Positions 29,240-39,447 of a DNA stretch of 51,683 bases are shown here, piece after piece (the first letter of the stretch is position 1; every line of letters begins with the position of its first letter). The notes below the pieces were generated by a model. It was given only the letters and a program-made list of their open reading frames with translations, was not told where the DNA came from and made no database searches. The stretch comes from an uncultured Oligoflexus sp. (GTDB lineage: Bacteria > Bdellovibrionota_B > Oligoflexia > Oligoflexales > Oligoflexaceae). The stretch spans positions 1 to 51,683 of the forward strand of contig CAXSGP010000023.1 in NCBI GenBank assembly GCA_964236955.1. Direction: 5' to 3'. A program made the translations under genes and the position numbers.

Positions 29240-29357
29240 TTTCCTTATGTCATTCCAGCCAAACTTCGCCACCGCTTGATTCCACCTTGAGGAAATGTCC
29301 GTTCCGGACTATCTTTTTTTCTTCGCATGCACCCAGAAAATGATCAGGAGTCGCAAC

Positions 29358-30875
29358 TTGAACGAACTCGATCTCATGACCAAAATAGTTTCCCTTTGTA
29401 AAAGACGAGGCTTTGTTTTTCAAAGCTCAGAAATATACGGCGGCTTAAAGTCGGCCTATGATTACGGCCCACTCGGAGTAGAACTCAAAAGAAACATTGC
29501 AGCTGCCTGGTGGCGGGCGATGGTCTATGAGCGAGACGACATTGTCGGCCTCGATGCCTCGATCGTCATGCATCCCAAAGTTTGGGAGACATCGGGCCAT
29601 GTGTCCGGCTTTTCCGATCCCCTGGTCGACTGCCTGAACTGTAAAGAACGTTTCCGTGGCGATAAGGCTCCTCAGCTCGCCACAGGGTCGGAAGTCGTCT
29701 ATATAAAAGGCGGCAAAGATAAGGGCGAAAAGATCAAAGGTGTGGTTAACGCCCGAGGCTACGTCTGTCCCGTCTGCGGTTCGTCTGAATTGAGTGAAGA
29801 ACGTCAATTTAATGGAATGTTTCGGACCATATTGGGCCCGGTCGATCCCATGGATGAATTTTTCCGTGAAATCAAAGGCAAAGATCTTTCCGAAAAGGAA
29901 ATGAAAACGATCTACGAGACGATCACCAGGAATTCTCAGGTCTATCTGCGTCCGGAAACAGCGCAGGCCATGTTTGTGCAGTTCCTCAATGTGCAGCAGA
30001 CCGCATCGATGAAAATACCTTTCGGAATCGCTCAGCAGGGTAAATCCTTCCGCAATGAAATAACAGTTGAACATTTCATCTTTCGATCCTGCGAATTCGA
30101 GCAGATGGAAATGGAATTCTTTATCGAGCCGGGAACGCAGGGCGAATGGCTGAAATATTGGACAGACAATCGGATGGCCTGGTATGGAAAATATGCCAAT
30201 TCCCCCGAGAACTTCCGTTTGCGTCAGCATGATCGCGATGAGCTGGCCCACTATTCAGACGATTGTTACGATGTGGAATATCTTTATCCTTGGGGTTGGG
30301 GTGAACTCGAAGGCGTGGCCTCCCGAACCGATTACGATTTGAAACGCCACGGTGCGGCAACGGGCGTGAAGCTTAGTTATTTTGATCAAAATAAGGCCGA
30401 CCCTGAAACGGGGAAAATGGGCTGGCGCTATGTGCCATTTGTCATTGAGCCGGCGGCGGGCCTGACCCGTACCCTCCTTGCCCTTATCCTCGATGCCTAT
30501 GTCGAAGAAAAAGGCGTCGATGCCGAAGGCAAAGAGAAATCACGGATTTTCCTTAAGCTTCATCCCAGCATAGCACCCATCAAAGCAGCAATACTGCCTC
30601 TGGTGAAAAAAGATGGACAGCCAGAAAAAGCCGCTGCTATTGCCAAGTCTCTTCGCGAAGCTGGTATCAATGTCAGTTATGACGAGCAGCAGAGTATTGG
30701 GAAACGCTATGCCAAACATGATGAAGTGGGAACTCCCTTCTGTATCACAGTTGATCCGGATACAATGAAGGACGACACCGTTACCGTTCGCTATCGTGAC
30801 AGCTCGGAACAGCGCCGCATGCCGATTGCTGAAGCAATCGAACTGGTCATACTAAGTAGCCGGCATCCCCTCTAG
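29358..30875 (+). CDS. glyQS: glycine--tRNA ligase (alpha2 / GlyQS type)
   Basis: KRRGFVFQSSEIYGG, DYGPLG, LRPETAQ, GKSFRNEIT, EFEQME, IGKRY..DEVGTPFCITVD; TTG start with AGGAG. Confidence 0.96.
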   Translation: MNELDLMTKIVSLCKRRGFVFQSSEIYGGLKSAYDYGPLGVELKRNIAAAWWRAMVYERDDIVGLDASIVMHPKVWETSGHVSGFSDPLVDCLNCKERFRGDKAPQLATGSEVVYIKGGKDKGEKIKGVVNARGYVCPVCGSSELSEERQFNGMFRTILGPVDPMDEFFREIKGKDLSEKEMKTIYETITRNSQVYLRPETAQAMFVQFLNVQQTASMKIPFGIAQQGKSFRNEITVEHFIFRSCEFEQMEMEFFIEPGTQGEWLKYWTDNRMAWYGKYANSPENFRLRQHDRDELAHYSDDCYDVEYLYPWGWGELEGVASRTDYDLKRHGAATGVKLSYFDQNKADPETGKMGWRYVPFVIEPAAGLTRTLLALILDAYVEEKGVDAEGKEKSRIFLKLHPSIAPIKAAILPLVKKDGQPEKAAAIAKSLREAGINVSYDEQQSIGKRYAKHDEVGTPFCITVDPDTMKDDTVTVRYRDSSEQRRMPIAEAIELVILSSRHPL

Positions 30876-30885
30876 GAGTTGAACT

Positions 30886-31242
30886 GTGAATAAACGACCG
30901 AACCATCCTCCTGAATCCAAAGGAAGATCCCGTCGCCGCCGGCGTCCGAATAACCCGGCGCTTCCTAATAAAACGGAGCCCGAGTTCGTCAGGAAAAGCC
31001 CTACTGTTCTTAAACGATATGGTGTTTTGTTTTATGAAACTCACATTCTGGCGAAAGAGGCTGTAGCTGAGATCGCGGCCGTTAGCGCTCAGTTTGATCA
31101 ACTGAATATAGTAATCAAAACTGAAGGGTCAATGGATGATCCTGAGCTGACTGCTCATGGCCGGGTGTATGCAGGGGAAGCGTGGAGCCTGATTCACAAG
31201 CGTCGCGCCGATGATGGTTGGTACAATGAAGCGCACGAATGA
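30886..31242 (+). CDS. hypothetical protein
   Basis: AGGAG RBS, 10 nt after glyQS. Confidence 0.7.
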   Translation: MNKRPNHPPESKGRSRRRRRPNNPALPNKTEPEFVRKSPTVLKRYGVLFYETHILAKEAVAEIAAVSAQFDQLNIVIKTEGSMDDPELTAHGRVYAGEAWSLIHKRRADDGWYNEAHE

Positions 31243-31354
31243 ATAAACGCGTTTCGCGTGTCAAGAAGGCTCCATTCCGAAAAGGTGTGGGGCCTCTACT
31301 TTTTTTAGACTCTTCCCGGCTATAATGGATATTCGCAAGGCTAAGGAGTCGGCA

Positions 31355-31735
31355 ATGAAGCTGGAAATGGAGTTTCAGGGTTCGGAAATTTCTGAAATTA
31401 AAATTGGCAAAAACGAAATTGAGATTCACTTTAGCCATGTCGTAATTATCAGCAGTCCCGCCAGTAGCGGCGCTTGCAAAACCCAAGGTGTCAGCGCAAC
31501 CATTTTCATAGGCAGCCCCCGTTATAAAAAATTGCCCAAAGAAGGCAAACTCTCCGACGGAGAACTCTACGGAATACCCGGCAAACCTTTAAACGGAAGG
31601 ATAGCTGTTGATTTTCAAAGCTGCCGTGAATGCGAACTGGAACTCTCAGTCGAGCATGATGATTTCTCTATCAGCGGCAAGAGCTTTAAGGTCAACGTCG
31701 ATATGAAAACTTTGCCTGACGAGTTGCGGCATTGA
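31355..31735 (+). CDS. hypothetical protein
   Basis: AAGGAG RBS, beta-rich ORF. Confidence 0.65.
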   Translation: MKLEMEFQGSEISEIKIGKNEIEIHFSHVVIISSPASSGACKTQGVSATIFIGSPRYKKLPKEGKLSDGELYGIPGKPLNGRIAVDFQSCRECELELSVEHDDFSISGKSFKVNVDMKTLPDELRH

Positions 31736-31952
31736 AACCAAAAAAACTGCAGTGCGGGACTTGTCCTGCAGCTTACTGCGGCTTCTTAACTATGATTAGT
31801 TAGTGTCAGTCCGGAAAAGGCGATGGCTGCGTTTCATCGGCAGAAAAAAAATGCTCATTTATGGGAATAAACTCCGCTTTTTTCTGCCTCGCGCCTTGCC
31901 ATCCCCATTTTCGGACGGACACTCATTAACTCTATTTAAACTGCATGGACCG

Positions 31953-32270
31953 TCATTTTTCAGTCAATATCATCCGGTATTGCGTATCAACTACGATAGC
32001 TTTGTTATCATTGGTGATGAGCTCACGAAAGTTAGCTTTCACAGTGTGCATGCCAACAATGATAAGTTCATCGACTACCATTCCTTGCTCTTCAATGCCG
32101 AGCCGTATGCGATCCCATTGGGATGGCTCGACTTCAACAACTCGAGCATGAGAGAGCTTATCCATTAGCAGAGGGTTATCTTCGGCATTGGATCCACCCA
32201 CACCAATTATTCCCGCTGACGCCTTTGAGCCTATGAGCAGCAAGACCGCAATAGCGATGTGACGCATCAT
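31953..32270 (-). CDS. small secreted hypothetical protein
   Basis: Signal peptide ending ASA, then GIIGVGG; AAAGG RBS. Confidence 0.6.
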   Translation of the reverse strand: MMRHIAIAVLLLIGSKASAGIIGVGGSNAEDNPLLMDKLSHARVVEVEPSQWDRIRLGIEEQGMVVDELIIVGMHTVKANFRELITNDNKAIVVDTQYRMILTEK

Positions 32271-32303
32271 CTTTCTACCTTTCCCAAATAGTTAAGACCC
32301 ACT

Positions 32304-33020
32304 TCAGTCCATGTAGCTGGACGATAGCACGCTTAGATAAAGACGGTCCCCAAAATATTTAGGGTCTGTAAAGACTTCAACTAACCTTTTTTTTGCTTCG
32401 AGTAAGGCTGCATTAGCGGCTTCGATTCCCTCTTGATTCAAGCGATCGGAGAAGATTCCATAGTGGCTTCCGTAATCATTGACCTTATCGCGGTCGTAAC
32501 ATTGGATCGCCAGGCTCATGTGATGCAAGACCTCTTCAAGATTTGCAAAACTGACATTCTTTATCTTAGTCTTTACGATATCATTTTGAACTTCAATCAG
32601 ATCCGCAGCCGCCAATCGCTGGATCGCAAAGTCCGCTTGCTGGCCAAGCTTTTCATGCAATCGAGCCAGACTCACTCCCTGGCCACTTGCCAGATTAAAA
32701 ACGATAAACTCTTCTTTGGTCAAGGTCTGCAGAAGACCGGCCATATTTAACATACGGTAGCCGACTTCTTCCTGCTTTTTGAAGATCGGAGCAAAATCAG
32801 GAAAGTGACGGCAGAGAAAAGACCGGCCCTGCTTGTCGTCAAGAATCACGGAAACGACTTGCATCACCGTCTCAAGGTTCGGTGTAAACTCGGCCTGCAT
32901 AATACGACGTAACGTTGGGTAAGATACCCCAGTAAGGCGGCTCAGCACACTCAAGTTCCCGTTGCGCCTTAAGCTCATCCATTGGTCGATTTCGCGCTGG
33001 AGTTCTTCGACTAGAGTCAT
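32304..33020 (-). CDS. HTH-domain protein (XRE-like N-terminus)
   Basis: LSVLSRLTGVSYPTLRRIMQAEFTPNLET; GGAG RBS. Confidence 0.7.
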   Translation of the reverse strand: MTLVEELQREIDQWMSLRRNGNLSVLSRLTGVSYPTLRRIMQAEFTPNLETVMQVVSVILDDKQGRSFLCRHFPDFAPIFKKQEEVGYRMLNMAGLLQTLTKEEFIVFNLASGQGVSLARLHEKLGQQADFAIQRLAAADLIEVQNDIVKTKIKNVSFANLEEVLHHMSLAIQCYDRDKVNDYGSHYGIFSDRLNQEGIEAANAALLEAKKRLVEVFTDPKYFGDRLYLSVLSSSYMD

Positions 33021-33153
33021 TCCTATCTCCGGAAATATCAAAGGCCAAGAGGTCATCGATTGATACCTAAGGTCATGGGCATAGGCAATAGCCGATAGTA
33101 TGGGCTGCGCTTCCTCGCCCAAGACCTTTGTTTAAAATCGCCCACAATTCGAT

Positions 33154-34665
33154 TCAACCGCCGAATAACGCGCGCACAAGGTCTGCCGCAAAACGAACAC
33201 CAAAGCCGGTTGCTTCGCTTTCAACATGGGCAAGCCCTCCACTCCGGTCGGCGGCAGCGATATCGATATGAATCCAGGGAATATCGCTGGCAAGAAAAGA
33301 TTTTAGGAAAAGCGCGGCCTCGATATGATCGACGCCTCCGCTAAGCCGGCACTGTTTAATATCAGCCGTGTCCGACTTAAGGCATTCCGAAAAATCCTCA
33401 TCCATAGGAAAGGGCCAGACTCTTTCCCCCGATCTTTTCCCACTTTCAATGATAGCGCTGTGATATTCATCCCGGTTGGTGAACGCTCCCGAATAGGAAT
33501 TGCCAATCGCCCCGACGCAGGCGCCCGTCAAGGTTGCAAAGTCCATAATCAAGCTCGGCTCATCTTTAGACGCTAGATAAAGGGTATCGGCTAGTATCAT
33601 CCGGCCTTCGGCATCGGTGTGGACGATCTCTATTGTTTTGCCGTTCATCGCGGTCACGACATCGTTTTGCCGGTAGGCCTGGGATCCAGTGAGGTTATCC
33701 GCGATCGCAAGAAAGGCGCTTACGGCAAAGGGCCATTTTTCGCGAGCGGCCAGCCGGACTAGAGCAAAGGCGACGGCTGAGCCAGCCATGTCGCGGTGCA
33801 TGCCGTACATGTGCGCCGCGCTCTTCAGGTTGGTGCCACCCGTATCAAAGGTGATGCCCTTCCCGACGAGACAAAGACTCTTGGCATTTTTTTTAGCCTT
33901 GGGTTGATAGGTCAATTTCACGATGCCCGCATCCTGTTCACTGCTGGCCTGAACGATCGCGAGAAAAGCACCGGCCTTCATCTGTTGCAGCTTTTTTACA
34001 CCATAAAATTCAAACCCCAAACCCTCTTCGGTCGCTGCCGCCTTGATACGGGCCACATAGGATTTGGGCGTGAGATCATTGCCGGCAAGCATGGCCAATT
34101 CCCGCACCAGATTGGTGCCATCGGTTTCGGCCAGGCTGCGCTGGAGTTGATCAGTCAGCGGCTTCACCAGGTTTTTATCATCGATTTGAATATCGAGTTT
34201 GGGTGCCCAGACCACTTTTTTCTTTGACTTCCCTTTGTAGCTAGGCGCCCGGAATTCCGCTGCCTTCAGAGCCGAAACGAAAGCATCAACAAACGGCCGG
34301 GCCAGGGCCTCGCCCATCGCACCCAGATCAAGCCGGATACCCTCGACTTTAAGATCTCTTAAATTGTTTACGATGTCTTTGGACAAAGTCAAAAGTTTAA
34401 AGGTAGTTAACGTGGGGTCTAAAAGCACGATGCAATAGCGCTGGGTGGGCGATCGATCAAAGGTCAGGATCGCAGCGGCTTCAGCCTTGAGTTCCCGACG
34501 CTTGATCATTTTAAGAAGTTCGGTCTGCTCAGCCGTTGGCAGGGGTAAATAACCTTTCCAATCCACGGCATCTTTAGCCAGAGAATAGGCCACTACGATA
34601 GCGTCATAGCCGTTATCTGCGTACTTGCTTGAGCTAGCGACTAGCTTAAATCGATCTTTTGACAT
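33154..34665 (-). CDS. M17 leucyl aminopeptidase
   Basis: VGKGITFDTGG, MHRDMAGSA, HTDAEGR, DFATLTGA, WIHIDIA. Confidence 0.93.
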   Translation of the reverse strand: MSKDRFKLVASSSKYADNGYDAIVVAYSLAKDAVDWKGYLPLPTAEQTELLKMIKRRELKAEAAAILTFDRSPTQRYCIVLLDPTLTTFKLLTLSKDIVNNLRDLKVEGIRLDLGAMGEALARPFVDAFVSALKAAEFRAPSYKGKSKKKVVWAPKLDIQIDDKNLVKPLTDQLQRSLAETDGTNLVRELAMLAGNDLTPKSYVARIKAAATEEGLGFEFYGVKKLQQMKAGAFLAIVQASSEQDAGIVKLTYQPKAKKNAKSLCLVGKGITFDTGGTNLKSAAHMYGMHRDMAGSAVAFALVRLAAREKWPFAVSAFLAIADNLTGSQAYRQNDVVTAMNGKTIEIVHTDAEGRMILADTLYLASKDEPSLIMDFATLTGACVGAIGNSYSGAFTNRDEYHSAIIESGKRSGERVWPFPMDEDFSECLKSDTADIKQCRLSGGVDHIEAALFLKSFLASDIPWIHIDIAAADRSGGLAHVESEATGFGVRFAADLVRALFGG

Positions 34666-34758
34666 GGGTCTTGCTCCTGAACACTCTTTCATAGGCTGAG
34701 GACCGTATATTGGTCTATACTGCTAGCCGTGCCAACCTTTGTTTCGTTCGAGGATTTC

Positions 34759-35694
34759 ATGGAACGTCCTGTTCGCTCTCTGAAAATGGAGTTACATAGT
34801 CCGACTCGGACCGACATCCCCCAACAGCTTGGCTGCGCTTTAAAGCAACGGCAATCCTGCTGCGATGGTATTGGCTACCGCCTAAAGGCTAACGGCTCTT
34901 TGACTCAGGCGATAATCTGCAACTGTGTCATGGAGTGTCAGAGTTGTTTTGGACTAAACAGGATCATGGAAAATAGCGTTTCCAAACCCTGCCATTCTCC
35001 AGCCCCTTCCCGCGTCGCGTCGCTCATCAACGCAGCGTGTCTGCCGGCTCGTTACTGCAGTGCGAAACTCGATTCTTTTTCCAATTTTTCCGGGAACGGT
35101 CGGGATGTGGTGCCGCGCTTGTCGCAGTGGATGCGAGAGTTTGATATTGCCAGTCCCAAGGGTCTGATCCTCGGCGGTTCGGTCGGTGTGGGCAAAACCT
35201 TTTTGCTGATCGCGATTGCGAAGAACTTTGCAAACAAAGGCATCAGCGTTCGTTTTGTCGATTTCTTTCAGCTCCTCCTGGAGTTGAAGGCTGGATATGC
35301 GCAGGACAAAAATGATTCAAGGGTTCTCAATGAGGCGATTGCCGTTGATGTCCTTTTCATCGATGAGTTGGGCAAGGGCCGCAACAGTGATTGGGAACTG
35401 TCTATTCTCGATCAGCTGGTAATGGGCCGTTACAACCAAAACAAAGTCATCATTTCATCGACCAACTATGATTTTAAGCCAAACGACAGACATCAGATGA
35501 CCAACGGATCGCTCGATGACAAACGGCCGAGCGCCTTTGAACTGGATCGCTTTGAAAGCCTGGAGCAACGCATAGGCTCGCGGATCTACTCACGCCTGGT
35601 GGAGAGTTCGGATTTGATCGAACTTACCGGCGAGGATTTCCGCAAACGCAATCTGCAGGAAAAAATCCAACCGACTCGTGGTGGCAGGAGATAG
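34759..35694 (+). CDS. DnaC/IstB-like AAA+ ATPase with N-terminal Cys cluster
   Basis: CCDGIGY..CNC..CQSC, GSVGVGKT, LFIDELGK, SSTN, RIGSRIYSRL, GEDFR. Confidence 0.88.
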   Translation: MERPVRSLKMELHSPTRTDIPQQLGCALKQRQSCCDGIGYRLKANGSLTQAIICNCVMECQSCFGLNRIMENSVSKPCHSPAPSRVASLINAACLPARYCSAKLDSFSNFSGNGRDVVPRLSQWMREFDIASPKGLILGGSVGVGKTFLLIAIAKNFANKGISVRFVDFFQLLLELKAGYAQDKNDSRVLNEAIAVDVLFIDELGKGRNSDWELSILDQLVMGRYNQNKVIISSTNYDFKPNDRHQMTNGSLDDKRPSAFELDRFESLEQRIGSRIYSRLVESSDLIELTGEDFRKRNLQEKIQPTRGGRR

Positions 35695-35696
35695 TC

Positions 35697-36482
35697 GTGA
35701 GCCAGAGCAGTTGCGTTCTACACAATCTGAACAATCCAATGCTCAGCGGCCTTTCCCTGGGCCTCGCCTTCACGAAGGAACACATCCTCAGTCTGAGCCC
35801 CCAAATGTTCCCCTGCTGTCGCGGCAATGGCTTTGCATGGAGCGAGCTGGATCGTGGTTATCATGCATGTAACCTCAAAGCCAGACTGTTTCGTGTCCAG
35901 GATCTTTTGAACCGCTATCAGCGCTTTTTTCCCAATACCACTCGCTTCCCCCATCAGGTGACACCAGCCTGGTCGCATCAGATCCTGCAGGAACTTGCGA
36001 GTGTCTTTGGCAACGTTCGCCCACCGGCTTCGGTGAGTTATACGAGTCAACGCACGCAGGCTTCGCTGCTTTGGTCGAAGGCATTTGCCGCGGTTTGGCG
36101 TTTTGGAATGGATGTGCGCATCACGCGGCTCACGGAATTCAATCCGCTCGAACTGAGCCAGCTAACCGCCACGAGCGATAAGCCTGTGGCCATCTTTATC
36201 GACCAGGTTGATAAGCTTTGGGATCCGGCGATAGTCGAGGCCCTTGAGTATATCGTTCAGCAGGCCTACAATAGTCAAACCTTTCTATGGATAGAATTTG
36301 TCCACGAACAGGCGATGCCTTCTGAAGACGATTCGGATGGATCGGTGCGAGGGACGATCGCACGCCGTCTGCAAAAACTAAAAGATAAACATCCACTGGA
36401 TCTTCTCAGTCGCGACTGCCTGTCCCGGCTTCAAGGTCTCAGTGGCATCAAACATCAATCAGGGAACGAGCCGCATGCTTGA
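35697..36482 (+). CDS. hypothetical protein (possibly a degenerate DnaC-like paralog)
   Basis: Starts 2 nt after the ATPase stop; CCRGNGF and IFIDQVDK. Confidence 0.65.
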   Translation: MSQSSCVLHNLNNPMLSGLSLGLAFTKEHILSLSPQMFPCCRGNGFAWSELDRGYHACNLKARLFRVQDLLNRYQRFFPNTTRFPHQVTPAWSHQILQELASVFGNVRPPASVSYTSQRTQASLLWSKAFAAVWRFGMDVRITRLTEFNPLELSQLTATSDKPVAIFIDQVDKLWDPAIVEALEYIVQQAYNSQTFLWIEFVHEQAMPSEDDSDGSVRGTIARRLQKLKDKHPLDLLSRDCLSRLQGLSGIKHQSGNEPHA

Positions 36483-36915
36483 ATGGTATCGATCAATTTT
36501 AGCTTTCCACGTCATCGCAATTATCAGCTGGATGGCAGGGGTGCTCTACCTCTACCGCGTGCTCATCTATACGAGCGAACGGCGGTCTCAGCATCTATTG
36601 GTGGAAGATCTTCTTAAGACCATGACACGGCGCCTCTGGAAAGCGATCACTCTGCCGGCTATGATTGCGGCTTGGACGGCTGGACTGACGATGGTCTATT
36701 TGAATCCTGGCCTTTTGCATAGGCCCTGGTTTCAAACCAAGATCTTGTCCGTGCTGCTCCTAAGCGCCAGCACGTTTTATGCTGGCTATTTAGTGAAGAC
36801 CGTGCAAAAGAGCGGATCCATACCAAGCGGTAAAGCCTTGCGCTTTCTTAATGAGGTTCCGACTATCCTCATGATCGTGATTGTTATTATGGTAATCGTA
36901 AAACCATGGAGCTGA
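36475..36915 (+). CDS. hemJ: protoporphyrinogen IX oxidase HemJ (CopD-like membrane protein)
   Basis: FHVIAIISWMAGVLYLYR, RLWKAITLPAM, RFLNEVPT, VIVKPW. Confidence 0.88.
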   Translation: MLEWYRSILAFHVIAIISWMAGVLYLYRVLIYTSERRSQHLLVEDLLKTMTRRLWKAITLPAMIAAWTAGLTMVYLNPGLLHRPWFQTKILSVLLLSASTFYAGYLVKTVQKSGSIPSGKALRFLNEVPTILMIVIVIMVIVKPWS

Positions 36916-37205
36916 GGCCATAGAACTTAAAAGGTCCTTATCTATATAAGGGCCACTCATTTCAGCAGCTTCTTTTGCCCGCTCAATCTATGATCCCAAC
37001 CTCAGGTTTGATTAAGCGCTGGTCTTTGACGCAATTTTGTCTTCTGCAGCCCGAAATGGCCGATGACTACGCGTTTTCCTCAATGATATTGTTTACTTTT
37101 TTCGCATTACTTGCCGTAGGGATTCCGTTTTTTGAATCTCCAAAAATAACCGCTTAAAATCCACCCCCGCCAAGTCACGACAAGTTCAGACAAAATCCGA
37201 TTTTT

Positions 37206-37232
37206 TTAACTTTGTCGTTTTAACGCCGACTA
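37206..37232 (+). promoter_or_regulatory. sigma28 (FliA)-like promoter
   Basis: TTAA-N15-GCCGACTA. Confidence 0.5.
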
Positions 37233-37281
37233 GGGAATTACGCAAACAAACGGTAACCTCTCTTCAACCAAAGGATATATC

Positions 37282-38298
37282 ATGAAACTTTCACTTAACC
37301 AAATACTCGTCAACACAGTTATCCTAACGACCCTCACCGCATGTGGACAGGTCCTGGATAATGTCGGCATCACCAGCAAAGACAGTGATCCCGCTGCGGC
37401 AACTGTAGAACAAGAGCTGGTCGATATTGATGTTAACGTTTCCGACGGAGGAGAAGCTGGTTTCGCACTTGCTGCCGCTTCGAAGTATACTATCAGCCTT
37501 CAAGGCTGTGCTTCTGGTTTTACATCAACCGCGACCGAAATAAAGTCAGTACTGAACGTCTATAAGTTTGACCGCGGCTGCCTGGCAAAACTTACTTCAT
37601 TGGAATACTCGGGTATCACTTACGCGCCTTCATCCGGTAGCCCCTTCACGACCTGGCAACCATCGGATGCAGCGATCTACACCAATTCCGGCAACACCAG
37701 CCAGATTCGTGTGACCGTGACCGCTCAACTTGGTAACCCAGTTGGAACCAGTGATACAATCGGTTACTCCTTCACAGAAATCACAGCTGGTACCGATCAG
37801 GTGTTCAGCCAAAATACAGTCGGTGCTCCTAAGACAATGATCGTCGGTGGTCAAGCGGCTCCTGCCTTCTTGGTCAAATCGCTCTCCTTCACAGGCATCA
37901 ATGCACAAGGTGCAGGCGCCTTCGGCTTCTCAATGGAATGTACCACACCCTTTGTTACCGGTACCACAGGCCTGAACTCCACTTGTAATGACCTGAAACT
38001 TTCGCAACTTAAATATGCTCTCGTCAAGGATACTTTCGGTGGCGTCCTGACTGCTGCTCAGGCTTCTGCAATCTTTGCTACGGGCAGTACAGCCGCCGTC
38101 AATTCCATCACAGCTGCCAGTGCTCCTGGTGCTAACTCGATGGCAAACGGCGGTTTCCTTACCGCTACCCTGAACGGTCCTGATGCCATGCACACCAATC
38201 CAAACATGCTCCTCGTCATCGAAGGTGCCGGCACATCGTACCTCTACTTCAACGTCGATGTTTCGACCATCTCGCAAAATGATACTCTTGCTCCCTAA
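37282..38298 (+). CDS. Thr/Ser/Ala/Gly-rich lipoprotein (paralog A)
   Basis: Lipobox LTAC; AAAGGA RBS; homologous to the next gene. Confidence 0.8.
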   Translation: MKLSLNQILVNTVILTTLTACGQVLDNVGITSKDSDPAAATVEQELVDIDVNVSDGGEAGFALAAASKYTISLQGCASGFTSTATEIKSVLNVYKFDRGCLAKLTSLEYSGITYAPSSGSPFTTWQPSDAAIYTNSGNTSQIRVTVTAQLGNPVGTSDTIGYSFTEITAGTDQVFSQNTVGAPKTMIVGGQAAPAFLVKSLSFTGINAQGAGAFGFSMECTTPFVTGTTGLNSTCNDLKLSQLKYALVKDTFGGVLTAAQASAIFATGSTAAVNSITAASAPGANSMANGGFLTATLNGPDAMHTNPNMLLVIEGAGTSYLYFNVDVSTISQNDTLAP

Positions 38299-38310
38299 TA
38301 CTTAGACCAG

Positions 38311-38333
38311 GGGGCCGGCGACGGCCCCTTTTT
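38311..38333 (+). terminator. intrinsic terminator
   Basis: GGGGCCG-GCGA-CGGCCCC-TTTTT. Confidence 0.8.
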
Positions 38334-38388
38334 CTCATGGAAGATTATCCTTAGCCACATTTTTAGTTTAAATCTAGGGACAAAATCA

Positions 38389-39447
38389 ATGTTCACTTAC
38401 TTCCGCCAACAACTCTGCACTTTCACCCTGGGTCTAGCCATCTGCAGTCTGTCGGCCTGCGGCGATCCCACGGAAACCAACTTCATTGAAAATGAAAAAG
38501 CCGTCGACGCTATGGATCGTATCGATATCGCCAAGGGCGCATCGGATGAGAGCGGTCTTTATATTATAGATGCGGCCGCATTCACAATCTCCTTAAGTGG
38601 CTGCACCAGCGGCTACTCAGCGACCCTCACTGCTGCCAAGACCAAATTTAATGTCTATAAAAATGATCGCAACTGCAAAGCCCGCCTGCTGGACTTCACT
38701 CGCAGCGGCAAGAAATACACTCCGGTTCCCGGTAAAGATTTTGTCAGTTTAATGACCGGTGAGACGGCAACTTTTCAATCTCCAGGCGGAGCTGATTCTC
38801 TCCTCGTTAGAATCGTAAATCAACTGAGCAGTCCTATTCAGAGCGGCGATTCTATCAATTTCAACTTTTTGGAAACCAAGGTAGCCGACCAATCCGTGAA
38901 TATCCTGACCACAAAGTTTGGAGCCATTGGAAAGTATACAAAGAGTGGCGACACTGCTTTGAATTTCAAAGTTAAGAAAGCCCAACTCCTCAGTATCGAT
39001 ACAGCGACAGGAATCGGGCGTATGATCTTTAAGCTCGATTGTCAGGTCCCCATCAATAAGCCAGGCAATCCCAACGCGGATTGCGGTGGCGTACGCCTTA
39101 GAAGTATAACTTATGTTTTAGTCAACGATACTGTGAATGGATCGCCCTGCCCAACCGACCCAAAAAAATGTGAAGTCTATTTCACAAGTACGAATCCTTT
39201 GGAGGTTCGAAGCCAGGATTACGTAGACGCCGGTGTTGACGGTCTTGTTAACGGTGGATTCACAACCAGGACCGAGCCTACCGTAGCATTGACGACTCCA
39301 GGGAAGCTCAACGTCACTCCTAATATGCTGCTGATAATTTCCAACGGCAATTCCTATCAATGGTTCAACTTAGATCTTCAGACCAGTGCCAACGTCTACC
39401 TAACAACCTTTAACCATGCTGGCAACGAAGTTGAGGCAAATGAATAA
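38389..39447 (+). CDS. lipoprotein (paralog B)
   Basis: Lipobox LSAC; shares ISL.GC.SG, NVYK.DR.C, NGGF, PNMLL.I, SY..FN.D with paralog A. Confidence 0.8.
   Translation: MFTYFRQQLCTFTLGLAICSLSACGDPTETNFIENEKAVDAMDRIDIAKGASDESGLYIIDAAAFTISLSGCTSGYSATLTAAKTKFNVYKNDRNCKARLLDFTRSGKKYTPVPGKDFVSLMTGETATFQSPGGADSLLVRIVNQLSSPIQSGDSINFNFLETKVADQSVNILTTKFGAIGKYTKSGDTALNFKVKKAQLLSIDTATGIGRMIFKLDCQVPINKPGNPNADCGGVRLRSITYVLVNDTVNGSPCPTDPKKCEVYFTSTNPLEVRSQDYVDAGVDGLVNGGFTTRTEPTVALTTPGKLNVTPNMLLIISNGNSYQWFNLDLQTSANVYLTTFNHAGNEVEANE

Noticed and set aside
29445..30251. 268-aa minus-strand ORF and similar long antisense ORFs (19903-20667, 14638-15225, 50786-51427)
   Set aside because: Antisense shadows of well-supported genes.
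34729..35694. IS21 helper IstB or prophage replication module
   Set aside because: No IstA, terminal repeats or phage genes; it sits among housekeeping genes.
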